DNA of 64,000 nt from an uncultured Candidatus Saccharibacteria bacterium (GTDB lineage: Bacteria; Patescibacteriota; Minisyncoccia; Phycocordibacterales; UBA2100): positions 11,373 to 75,372 of the forward strand of contig CAZWFX010000002.1 in NCBI GenBank assembly GCA_964633425.1. Reading direction: 5' to 3'. Below, piece by piece: positions 53,996-62,979 of the stretch. The notes beneath the pieces were generated by a model. The model had not been told where the DNA came from. It did no database searches and saw only the letters and a list, made by a program, of their open reading frames with translations. Both the position numbers and the translations under genes were made by a program. Each line of letters starts with the position of its first letter. Within the stretch, counting starts at the first letter, position 1.

Positions 53996-56932
53996 CTATT
54001 GGGCCGCAGAAACCTTTGCCTTCTCTGGCTTTGGAGCAGCCGGCGATGATGCCCCAGCTTGAGTCTGCCCTGACATGCCAGCACACACGGCCGCGTTAAC
54101 GGCATTCCGTGTGAGTGCATACACATTACCCGTCGTCGGTTTTATTCCCGTCTTCACCTGAAATGCCTTCACAAACTTTTGTGTGAGTGGCCCGTAGGTG
54201 CCTGTCACCGGAAGATTGGTTGCACCGTTGGCCTTCAAGAAGAGCTGTAATTTTTTGACCTCAATCGAATTATTCTTCGCGCCGCGCGCCATTGATGTTG
54301 TAATGATGGCTGCACACGAAGAAGTGTCGCTTTTCTTGAGATTATCGTTCAGGAGCACCGGCGCGGTCGACGTTGCCGTTCCAAGCACCTTGCCGTTGCT
54401 CGCAAACGTAACCGAGCTCGTCGCGATGACTGGTGTTATGGCGATTCCTGATCCTGGAGCACTGTAATTTCGAACACCCGTTACCTTTGCAACATTTTTA
54501 TACTCACCGGCCTTCGTTGTGCTGGCAAATTCGACGGAATACGTGAGCGTAATCTCATCACCAGCCGCAATCGTATCGAGATCCCACGATCGGTTGTACA
54601 TAACAGCTCCGTCAGGGTCGTAGAGGGTATCGGTCAACATACCGTGATAGGCCGGTCCGGACTGCTTATCATTGAGCACCACAACCTTGTAGTCGATTGT
54701 TGCCGGAACCGATGACGTGCCAACATTGGAGGATTTCGTAACAGTAATATACGGATCTGGCGACCACAGTGAAGGGCCTACACCGATTGCGGCTCCACCA
54801 CCGCCGCCACCGCCACCGCCGCCACCGCCTCCACCTCCACCGGTGGATACCGGCGGAGCAACGACATCAACCTGCGCGAGCGTAAACGATGCGTTTGCTT
54901 CTGCGCCGTTTCCACCCCCGCTTACAACGCTTGCTGCCAATGGCACGCTCATCGACGTCCCGTTTGGCACAGTTCCTACTCGAGCACGATAGCTATATGT
55001 TTTTGATTCACCACGCGCGATGCGTCCCAATGGCCATTGTCGTCCCGTTTCAGTCGCAAGCGCACTCGGCCCAGCATCTTCAAATGAGAGTAATTGCTTA
55101 TCAAAATCAGCCTTCAGCACGACGTCGTCCGCATCTGAATCCCCCGTATTTGTTACGGTAAAGTCGTACATTACATAGGCCCCAGGCGTTACCGTAGTAT
55201 TCGGCGAGGCAACTGCGTTCAACTGAAGTGCAGACTGACCGAAGGCAATATTTCCGTTCCAATCGCCAAACACATTGAACAACGCAAATATCCAATTTCG
55301 TCCAACGACATTTGTGTTGATGAGATTTACGACGTTTGCAACTGCGTACGCGTCTCCTGTCGCGATAGCACCGACGCCGTCAACTGTCTCCGTTGTGTTA
55401 TCGCCCGTGGTTGCTGCAACGTCGACATTGTTGTCAACATGAGCAATATTCGTTGAAGACGCGACGAATTCCGACGAATTGAAGCAGTTTGAGATCGGCC
55501 CATTCTTCTTGTTACAGTTGGCGTCTGAGGCACCAGCTACCCCTTCGTCCAGAGCGTCGGTGATCATCACCAGTGTCGATGTGCTCACAATTGGCTCACC
55601 ATTCGAGTTGTCTTGATAGAGTTCGTAGCTTCGAAGCGCTTGCATGCCAGCAGGCAATCCGGTGATGGCGCCGGTCCAAACTCCAGAAACACGGAACAGC
55701 AAGAATACTGACGTTCCACCGAAGTGCGTCGAATTCGCGTCTGTGAATGTATTCGCCGAACTGTACGCATCACCCGTTGAAACGATGCCGTTACCGAAGC
55801 CTGTGGTCGACGCCGTGTTATTTCCAGTTGTCGCATCCACGTTCGTATCTCCGGCAAAATCAACATGATTGTCGGTCGCTACGTTGTAGGTGCTCGCGTT
55901 CATAGCAGGGGCGCCACCACCCGCAGCAAAAAGATTTCCGAAGAACTGTGCGCTAGGAAGCGTCACGTCGCCGTCGAGGTTCCCGAAGTTGTTGAATGAA
56001 ACAAGAAGGTAGCTCGAGTTCACAATATTCGTGTTCACCAGGTTGAGAACGTTTGCAGCCGCATACGCGTTCCCCGTGTCGATGAGCGCATCACCATTTC
56101 CAGAAGATGTCGCGGTATTTGCACCCGTTGCGGCCCGTACGATGACGCTATTGGTTACGGTCGCGGTATTCGTGTTGACCACATTGAGCGAGCTGCTGTT
56201 CATGCACGTAAGCAACGAACACTGTGGTGTGCCTGTTGCGCTCTCTGTTGGCGAGGCACCTGCCTGCCCATCAAAGAAATACGAGAGGTTGAAATCTCGC
56301 AAATCGAGCCCGCCACCAAACAGCTGATTAAGAAAGATTATCAGGCCCACTGAATTAAAAATATTTGTATTTACGAGGTTAATCACGTTTGCGGTTGAGA
56401 CCGCGTTCCCCGTTACAATTGTCGACGTACCATCGCCGCCTTGCGCGGTATTGTCACCCGTTACTGCGCTCGATGTTGCCAAGCTCGCGAGCTCGCCAAC
56501 GTTATCGTTCGAACTCACAATGTGTGAAGAATTCGAAGTTCCCGGTGCATCCGGGCTTGTCGTGTTTGTATTGAGTTCGTTCTGCACTGTTGTGGTTGCG
56601 GTTGCATCACCGGTGATGACGGTCCCCCCAATGTCGGATGATTGCCCACCAGTGCCGTCTTCTGCCGTCGACGATGCAACCTGTCCAGGGATAACGGCAT
56701 CGCTGCCGCTTTGGCCATTGCCCGAGCCCGAGCCACCAGATTGATCCGTCGTGCTCGGGTCTGTGGTTCCCGTACCAGTCGTACCGGTGTCCGTTGTGCC
56801 GGTGTCCGTTTGTGTCGCGGTTGTATCTTCTGCATGTACCACAAGAGTGCTCGCAATCGGACTGAAGGTCATCGAAAACGCAATCAGGATGCCCAGAACT
56901 GCAGAAATCGATTGTTGAGTGGTTTTTGTCAT
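53996..56932 (-). CDS. large (978 aa) secreted repeat protein with DUF11-like domains, a poly-Gly linker and a C-terminal PG_binding_1-like module
   Basis: Signal/anchor at MTKTTQQSISAVLGILIAF. At least 4 copies of ..TG(D/N)NT..G.G...(V/I).TG(D/N)A.(A/S).AN..N.(V/I)NTN... About 16 consecutive Gly. C-terminus VKKLQLFLK...TGTYGPLTQKFVKAFQ. Confidence 0.8.
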   Translation of the reverse strand: MTKTTQQSISAVLGILIAFSMTFSPIASTLVVHAEDTTATQTDTGTTDTGTTGTGTTDPSTTDQSGGSGSGNGQSGSDAVIPGQVASSTAEDGTGGQSSDIGGTVITGDATATTTVQNELNTNTTSPDAPGTSNSSHIVSSNDNVGELASLATSSAVTGDNTAQGGDGTSTIVTGNAVSTANVINLVNTNIFNSVGLIIFLNQLFGGGLDLRDFNLSYFFDGQAGASPTESATGTPQCSLLTCMNSSSLNVVNTNTATVTNSVIVRAATGANTATSSGNGDALIDTGNAYAAANVLNLVNTNIVNSSYLLVSFNNFGNLDGDVTLPSAQFFGNLFAAGGGAPAMNASTYNVATDNHVDFAGDTNVDATTGNNTASTTGFGNGIVSTGDAYSSANTFTDANSTHFGGTSVFLLFRVSGVWTGAITGLPAGMQALRSYELYQDNSNGEPIVSTSTLVMITDALDEGVAGASDANCNKKNGPISNCFNSSEFVASSTNIAHVDNNVDVAATTGDNTTETVDGVGAIATGDAYAVANVVNLINTNVVGRNWIFALFNVFGDWNGNIAFGQSALQLNAVASPNTTVTPGAYVMYDFTVTNTGDSDADDVVLKADFDKQLLSFEDAGPSALATETGRQWPLGRIARGESKTYSYRARVGTVPNGTSMSVPLAASVVSGGGNGAEANASFTLAQVDVVAPPVSTGGGGGGGGGGGGGGGGAAIGVGPSLWSPDPYITVTKSSNVGTSSVPATIDYKVVVLNDKQSGPAYHGMLTDTLYDPDGAVMYNRSWDLDTIAAGDEITLTYSVEFASTTKAGEYKNVAKVTGVRNYSAPGSGIAITPVIATSSVTFASNGKVLGTATSTAPVLLNDNLKKSDTSSCAAIITTSMARGAKNNSIEVKKLQLFLKANGATNLPVTGTYGPLTQKFVKAFQVKTGIKPTTGNVYALTRNAVNAAVCAGMSGQTQAGASSPAAPKPEKAKVSAAQ

Positions 56933-57074
56933 AGGTATGTGTTGTTGATCGTGCCGGACGCTGATATTCCCTCTGTGAGACCTCGACGTCAAGTCTGTGT
57001 CAAGACGTGGTCAAGATCTCATGAGAAGGAGGGAGTCTCCTTACGGCGACTCCCAACCATCCTCATTGGATCAA

Positions 57075-57755
57075 TTAGTGGTGGATTCGAACGATGTTCG
57101 AATTCATCATCTGGATTGAACCTGCGTTCGATGTAGAACCGCCGGTTGAGACTTCGCCGCCGATGCCACCAGTACCGCCGTTTCCGCCGTTACCCGATGA
57201 TGCACCGCCGTTGTTGCCAGAACCATTAGCCTCTACGTCTCCTGCGCGTCCACCGCGACCGCCGCGGCTACCGCGTGCTGTGTTGTCGCCTGTGGTTGCT
57301 GCTGCGCCCGTGTTCTGTCCGAGGAGCGAGATACCAGAAGCATTGTCGAGAGCAACGACAACAGCAGAGCTGTTCATGTTCGATCCATCAGTTCCAACTG
57401 TTACGTCGTTGCTGTTGAGCGAGCTTACTGAACCAGCATCAGATTTAGCATCACCCGTGGTTACGAGGCCACCAGGACCACCGTTACCGCCAGTTCCGCC
57501 ATTTCCTGCTGAAGCACCACCATTGTTACCGTTTCCAACACCACCCTGCACGTCACCACCAGAACCACCGCGACCACCGCGGCTACCACCTGCAGTGTTG
57601 CTGCCTGTAGAAGCGTTTGAAGTCGTGTTGCTGAGAAGAACGCCGTTGTTGCTTGAAGCAACCACGATCGAGCTTGAGTTCATGTCTGCGAATGCTGCAA
57701 CCGGAGCTACGAGAGCAAGTGCTGCTGCAACCGCTACTGTCTTTTTGATTGTCAT
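57075..57755 (-). CDS. secreted Gly/Asn/Ser-rich protein (226 aa) built from two copies of the same repeat type as the 978-aa protein
   Basis: Signal peptide ...VAAFA. Two ~95-aa repeats (..TG.NTA.GSRGGRGG..GDV...GNNGGAS.GNGG.GG.GG..V.TG...S.AGS....NSN.V). Confidence 0.65.
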   Translation of the reverse strand: MTIKKTVAVAAALALVAPVAAFADMNSSSIVVASSNNGVLLSNTTSNASTGSNTAGGSRGGRGGSGGDVQGGVGNGNNGGASAGNGGTGGNGGPGGLVTTGDAKSDAGSVSSLNSNDVTVGTDGSNMNSSAVVVALDNASGISLLGQNTGAAATTGDNTARGSRGGRGGRAGDVEANGSGNNGGASSGNGGNGGTGGIGGEVSTGGSTSNAGSIQMMNSNIVRIHH

Positions 57756-58082
57756 ATGTTGTATGAATTATTTTTTTTAATCACGTCGGTGCTATTGCAC
57801 CACGACGCGTTATCGACCGATATCGTGAGCATGAAGCTCACATCTCGAACCGCTCCATAGTGCGATGCGGTATGTGAGCTCCAGGTGAACAGTATGTCAA
57901 AACAAAAAAGACGAGCGCCCTTAAAAGCGATCGCCACCCGATATACTTCGCGCACATGAGAAGCTACGGTTCATGAATTGACCGCTGGTTTCCCACGTCG
58001 CCGGCACACGAGATGCCTTAAACGTTCGAGTATTATCTACTGCAGGGACAGTGTGTCAATGAATAGCATCCCCAATTCAGCA

Positions 58083-59942
58083 CTACGATACACTCACTGG
58101 GCTTGTGTCAACGCAGTTTGCATGTCGCGCACTGCGTTGCTGGGATCGGGCCGCAACAACGGCAACTATCGGAGCAGTGAGGTAGTCAATTCCACGGTAT
58201 GCGATCCCGATTAGACACATCGTAAGAAGTCCAGGAACCGGCATAATCGCGTACATAGCAATTGCGGCGCCAAGGAGCACAGACCCTGCGGCGATCTCGA
58301 AGCGAGTCGCACTCAAGGAGCCAAGAACTGATTGGGTCTCGCGGAATTTACTTGTCCGTCGCCACGGCTGCCGACGGTTCAAGAGCGTTTCAAGCGCTGC
58401 AGTATGTGCGGAAAAATTCAGCGCTTTGTTTGCAAGGTACCCGAGCACTGTTTCCCGAAACGAACACTGTAATACCGCAGTGTAGTGCAGAAATTGCAGC
58501 ACAATACTTGATACAAATTGGACCGTTATATACACCCATAAGGAATGTGGCACGGAGATCATCTCTCTCTGCACGAGCATCGACAGTGACAGCAGGAGGA
58601 GCGCACCGAGAAGCGGAATTGAGAGTCCGATACGGACACTGCCCCACCCGTGGTGAAAATGATGCAATCGCTGCGGGATCGTGAGACGTGAATCATCACT
58701 CGTAAAGACCAGTCGCGTAAAATGATACTTAATTTCCTGTATCGGGCCCGAAACCCAACGCCTGCGTTGTTTTGAGTAGCCGTCGAACGTATCGGGGATC
58801 AGACCCTTGCCGTACGAGAGCGGCACATACACGGATGAATACCCCGCATCGTGGAGACGAATGGCAAATTCCGAATCCTCGGTCAAACACCACGTAGCCC
58901 ATCCCCCCGCCTCCTCAATCGCCTTTTTGCGCAGCAGGCACATGGTTCCTATGGTTAATGCAGCGTCGCGCTCATTCAAGGCTACAAGGATCGTGTGGAA
59001 AAAGGCCTTATATTCCCAGTAGCACATAGTTAGAAACGTATTTTCATTCCAATCGCGGTAGTCATGCGGTGTTTGCACAAAACCTATCTGTGGATCCTCA
59101 AAATGACCGATCAAATCACTAATGAAGTTCGGGTTCGGATGGTAATCGCTATCGATGACCCCTACGATATCTGCGGCTGGATCAGTATGCTTGAGCGCAA
59201 AGTTAAGTGCACCGGCTTTCGCACCCTCGAGCGGATCAACATGAAAAAAGCGAAACCGCGGACCGAGCGAGCGACAATACGCCTCTACGGGTCTCCAGAG
59301 CGCCTCGTTTTTCGTGTTATTGTCGACCACGATCACCTCAAAGTTTTCATACTGCAGGTCGTTGATGGCGTTCAGGGTCGAAATCACGATCTGCGGCGGC
59401 TCCGCGTACACCGGCACATGGATCGATACTCGCGGTCCTGCCCCAGATGCTGTACGCACCTGCGCGGTTCGAGGCCTGCTCCAGTGCGCACGACACAGCA
59501 CATCAAACTGCTCGATCATTTGCAGTACACCAAACGGCAATGACAGGACAAGGAGTGGCACGGTGCCAAGCAGGAGCGTCTTGGTTATGACGCCGGCGTC
59601 GATCGATACAAGAAATACTGTCCCCCACACAAGGCCAAGGATGCTGAATAGCACATGCGACGCATAAAAATGCAGCCCCACGATCGTGTGGGAGCGCAGG
59701 AAGACACGAGATAACACAATGAAGCACGTGTAGAGAACCACGAGGCACGCAACCGGCAAGAATACAGTTGCACCCATGAAATAAAGCGCTTCGGTAGCCG
59801 TCAGAATACTCACGAGCACATAACTGTGTTCGACCGACGTGCTCCAACGTCGTCCGTACATGCTTTTTGCGACCAGAAGCGCAACGGAACCTGCGTAGAG
59901 CAGGCTTACAAACAACAGGATCGTCGAGAGCATGTCATGCAT
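58083..59942 (-). CDS. integral-membrane family-2 glycosyltransferase, processive (cellulose/chitin/PNAG-synthase-like)
   Basis: 619 aa. 4-5 N-terminal TM segments, VVDNN, DSDY, LTEDSEF, QRRRW (QxxRW), then C-terminal TM segments. Confidence 0.85.
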   Translation of the reverse strand: MHDMLSTILLFVSLLYAGSVALLVAKSMYGRRWSTSVEHSYVLVSILTATEALYFMGATVFLPVACLVVLYTCFIVLSRVFLRSHTIVGLHFYASHVLFSILGLVWGTVFLVSIDAGVITKTLLLGTVPLLVLSLPFGVLQMIEQFDVLCRAHWSRPRTAQVRTASGAGPRVSIHVPVYAEPPQIVISTLNAINDLQYENFEVIVVDNNTKNEALWRPVEAYCRSLGPRFRFFHVDPLEGAKAGALNFALKHTDPAADIVGVIDSDYHPNPNFISDLIGHFEDPQIGFVQTPHDYRDWNENTFLTMCYWEYKAFFHTILVALNERDAALTIGTMCLLRKKAIEEAGGWATWCLTEDSEFAIRLHDAGYSSVYVPLSYGKGLIPDTFDGYSKQRRRWVSGPIQEIKYHFTRLVFTSDDSRLTIPQRLHHFHHGWGSVRIGLSIPLLGALLLLSLSMLVQREMISVPHSLWVYITVQFVSSIVLQFLHYTAVLQCSFRETVLGYLANKALNFSAHTAALETLLNRRQPWRRTSKFRETQSVLGSLSATRFEIAAGSVLLGAAIAMYAIMPVPGLLTMCLIGIAYRGIDYLTAPIVAVVAARSQQRSARHANCVDTSPVSVS

Positions 59943-60033
59943 ACTTCACCATGTCGCTCGTACACTCCGGATGTATCAAAAATGAAGCATGCATGCATTT
60001 CGGGCGTATACTTTGAGTAATCGTACGGGGGCA

Positions 60034-60088
60034 AGGTGGGTCCAAAACGTAGGGAAACCAGCTTAAAGCTGTAGCTTTGGACCCACCT
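60034..60088. repeat. 13-bp perfect inverted repeat with a 29-nt spacer in the GT2 upstream region
   Basis: aggtgggtccaaa (60034-60046) / tttggacccacct (60076-60088). The spacer contains the near-palindrome cagcttaaagctg. Confidence 0.6.
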
Positions 60089-60193
60089 CGCTCCCTTACT
60101 TTATGATTGCGGGCAAGAACAAGCTCAAATTCATGAAGCTATGAGCGCTGCAATAGTACTTGACCGACTCAAGGCGTCAATAGAGCCATAGAT

Positions 60194-60233
60194 TAAACAA
60201 CAGAGTGCCGCATATGCGGCACTCTGTTGTTTA
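60194..60233 (-). terminator. long hairpin terminator of the 60251..61690 gene
   Basis: Perfect ~19-bp stem ttaaacaacagagtgccgc / gcggcactctgttgtttaa, 18 nt after the stop. Confidence 0.6.
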
Positions 60234-60250
60234 ACGCGTGCGCGCGTTCG

Positions 60251-61690
60251 CTACGCGTTTTCCTTGAACGGCGTCAGCGGTGACGGAATCGGGATATTCA
60301 ACGAACTGCAATGCATCATGTTGATCCATCGCATTGTTGTCTTGTATACGAATCCTGTCGGCGCATCGATTCCCCACGGCGTGAGCACCTCGCTCATATA
60401 CTTCGCCTGGAATGCACGCACTGCCTTGTCGGTCATCGGGCCAAAGGTTCCTGTAACCGGCAGGTTTGCACCCATGTGATCATTGAGGAACTGCTGCAAC
60501 TTCTTTACTTCGTCGACGTTGTTATCTCGTCGGCCCATGCGCATGTAGCTATTCAGGAGCGCAGTGCAGCCTACGGGAGTCGTCGTAGCACTTCCGAGCA
60601 CCTGACCGGTGATACCGAATGCGGAGCCCACGATCGGGCCGTTTCCGCCGCCGCCGCCGCCTGTTGCAATGGGACCGTTTGCCGGCGTTCCTCCGCCGCT
60701 TGGCGGCGGTTGGACAGGATCCGTTTCATCATTGTCATCCGCGCTGGAGCAACCCGGATCGCTCATGTCAGATTTCCCATCTTTATCATTGTCGGATCCG
60801 TCGGAGCAGGCGGGATTCTGCGGCGGCGGGGTTACAATCGCGTTGTTTGTAATCACGCAGGTAACCGCCTGCCCCGCAGTGAGAACAATTTCGGAGCACT
60901 GTGAATAGCTTGCCGCATACGTGCTCGTGGCAACTTCCGCGATTGTGTACGTACCCGGCGTGAGTGTGAGCACGTTTTCGCCGTCCGCCTCGAAGGTGGT
61001 GGTCATGATGCCGTTGATCGTAAAGGAGAAGCTCGACGGAGTCGTTGTGCCGCTGCCGAATACCTTTTGGACCGTAATCGTCCCGGTTGTAGGCCCTCCG
61101 TTTCCACCGCCCTCACCGGACTCGCTATCGTCAAGCGGCGTGGAGCAGTCTGTGTCACGATTTTCGTCGCCCGGGACTCCCCAGTCAGTCGTCCCGTCGT
61201 CGTCGTTGTCGATGCCGTCGTAGCATTGCGACAAAGCGCCAGCTTCGGTTCTATCCGGATTATAGGAATCGACATTGGTCGGATCGCCGTCAGTGTGACA
61301 ATTCGGATCAACCGCGTCCGTAAAGCCGTCGGTATCGTTATCGACACCATCTTCGCATTGACCAGGCTCCGGGGTAACCGTGTTTGACTCATCGTTGTCG
61401 CTGCCATTAGCACAGCCAGGATCGTTCAGGTCGACAAGGTGGTCGCCGTCATTGTCGATTCCGTCGGAGCACTGAGTCGGAACTTCGCCGTCAGGACACT
61501 TAGTGCCAAAGATCGGCATAAGCGGTACGCCGGTGTTCTGAAACTCACCATCGATGTAGCAAAATACATCATGGGCGATACCGCCGCCGCTTTGTGCAAA
61601 TGCAAACTGCTGACTTCCGAGCGTAATAAAGACTCCGAATGCAAGAATAGCGACCACTGCCGCTCGTCGTAGGGATTTCGACATTAACAT
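60251..61690 (-). CDS. secreted protein with four CxDGxDNDxDG (MopE/thrombospondin-3-like) Asp-rich repeats, a Cys-pair beta-sandwich domain and a C-terminal PG_binding_1-like module
   Basis: Signal ...QQFAFAQ. CSDGIDNDGDHLVDLNDPGC, CEDGVDNDTDGFTDAVDPNC, CYDGIDNDDDGTTD, CSDGSDNDKDGKSDMSDPGC. C-terminus VKKLQQFLN...TGTFGPMTDKAVRAFQ. Confidence 0.75.
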   Translation of the reverse strand: MLMSKSLRRAAVVAILAFGVFITLGSQQFAFAQSGGGIAHDVFCYIDGEFQNTGVPLMPIFGTKCPDGEVPTQCSDGIDNDGDHLVDLNDPGCANGSDNDESNTVTPEPGQCEDGVDNDTDGFTDAVDPNCHTDGDPTNVDSYNPDRTEAGALSQCYDGIDNDDDGTTDWGVPGDENRDTDCSTPLDDSESGEGGGNGGPTTGTITVQKVFGSGTTTPSSFSFTINGIMTTTFEADGENVLTLTPGTYTIAEVATSTYAASYSQCSEIVLTAGQAVTCVITNNAIVTPPPQNPACSDGSDNDKDGKSDMSDPGCSSADDNDETDPVQPPPSGGGTPANGPIATGGGGGGNGPIVGSAFGITGQVLGSATTTPVGCTALLNSYMRMGRRDNNVDEVKKLQQFLNDHMGANLPVTGTFGPMTDKAVRAFQAKYMSEVLTPWGIDAPTGFVYKTTMRWINMMHCSSLNIPIPSPLTPFKENA

Positions 61691-61852
61691 ACTTGTGTAT
61701 TTACAAAGGAAATAAATGGCGCGTTAGTAATGATTCGCGCAGCGCAGGACTGACAGCACAATATACCCGTGGTACCGACTGTCAACGCGCGAGTATCGGT
61801 TCATATGAATGAACAGATCCCCGGTCATACCCCCTATAGCGCGAGAAAACGC

Positions 61853-62356
61853 TTACCGGCTTGTTCTGCTCGAGCCCGTGCGCTCTGAGCGTCCGCTCCC
61901 CCGCTCCGGCGCGGGCGGCACGGTGCCTCCACCACCCCCGCCGCCTCCACCTGTTGTAGAGCCGTAGGTCTCGGTAAGCGTGCACGCTGCTTCAGTGCCG
62001 ATGCCGATGCTCAATTCCCCGCGTGCGTTGCAGTCGCCGCTCCACGTACCACGGTACCCGGAAGGCCCCGTGGCGCTTATGCTGTACGCGCCCGGCGTCA
62101 GACTACTAAAGATAACCGTGTTACCTGAACCAGTGACCGAACCGGTGTCGATCGGTCCACTCTTTTTGATCTTGAGTGCAAATTCCGATGCGTGAGCCGC
62201 CCCACCAACCACGATTACGTGGATTCGCACGCTCCCAAGCGGGGATGTTGCTGCTTCGACACGGCCTGTAGTCAATACTGCTCCGGCAAACACAATTGCA
62301 ACCCCGACTCCCCCTGCGACGACTGCCTTTCTGTATGCGCTGCTCAATGAAATCAT
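61853..62356 (-). CDS. small secreted beta-sandwich-type protein (167 aa), paralogue of 5453..5911
   Basis: Shares GSGNTVIFSSLTPG, the GDC...C.LTE Cys pair, a poly-Gly run and a basic tail. Confidence 0.7.
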   Translation of the reverse strand: MISLSSAYRKAVVAGGVGVAIVFAGAVLTTGRVEAATSPLGSVRIHVIVVGGAAHASEFALKIKKSGPIDTGSVTGSGNTVIFSSLTPGAYSISATGPSGYRGTWSGDCNARGELSIGIGTEAACTLTETYGSTTGGGGGGGGGTVPPAPERGSGRSERTGSSRTSR

Positions 62357-62843
62357 ACGGATATTCAGAAATAATAATGATGAAAACTTTCTGCAAAACT
62401 ATCGAAACGATATACCCTGCCCGAAGTGTGTCAACGTAGCACTGCCCACTCATGCGTGTCATAGCACGGAATTTTCCGTCCTGACGTATGGAATCTATAG
62501 GACAATCTATGGGGCCTTTTTGAGATTCTTTCCCCTATGCAGTAGAATAGCGCCTACAGAGTGAGGCTGTGCACGCACCCAATGATGGTAGTGATCTCTG
62601 TGACCGTGGGCAGGACCACGTAGGCGAGATCGGCGACTGTACACATCTTCTCCTCACGCTTTCCACCAATTGTCCACCTCTTACACACAGGCTAATCCCC
62701 CATTTTTGACCTCGTCACGTAAAAAGTGATGCAATTTGAGCACGTAGGCTCATAGATGTCTCAATCGGCTTTTGGGAAAAAGACCGCGAGACACATCGCA
62801 TGGGGTACGACATGCATACGATGAGCCATCAAGCTCGAGAAGG

Positions 62844-62888
62844 GCTGTTTTGCGTGAACTAGAGACGCAAAACAGCTCTTTTGCTTTG
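62844..62888 (+). terminator. intrinsic terminator/attenuator inside the long leader of the TasA-like gene
   Basis: 12-bp stem gctgttttgcgt/acgcaaaacagc with a 9-nt loop, followed by tcttttgctttg. It lies ~92 nt before ATG 62980. Confidence 0.55.
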
Positions 62889-62979
62889 TGGCACTGGCCG
62901 GATGGGTCGAGAAGCCGGATCAGAAGAGTAATTTATCAAAATTTCCCGATCACTTATTGGTTCTAATTACATAAATCTT

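Noticed and set aside
54781-54850. CCN/GGN tandem repeat considered as a possible microsatellite or CRISPR-like repeat
   Set aside because: It is in frame within a long ORF and encodes poly-Gly. There is no spacer/repeat periodicity. No CRISPR array exists anywhere in the window.
62772-62966. 64-aa plus-strand ORF upstream of the TasA-like gene
   Set aside because: It runs straight through a strong intrinsic terminator (62844-62888), lacks an SD and has a non-protein-like composition.
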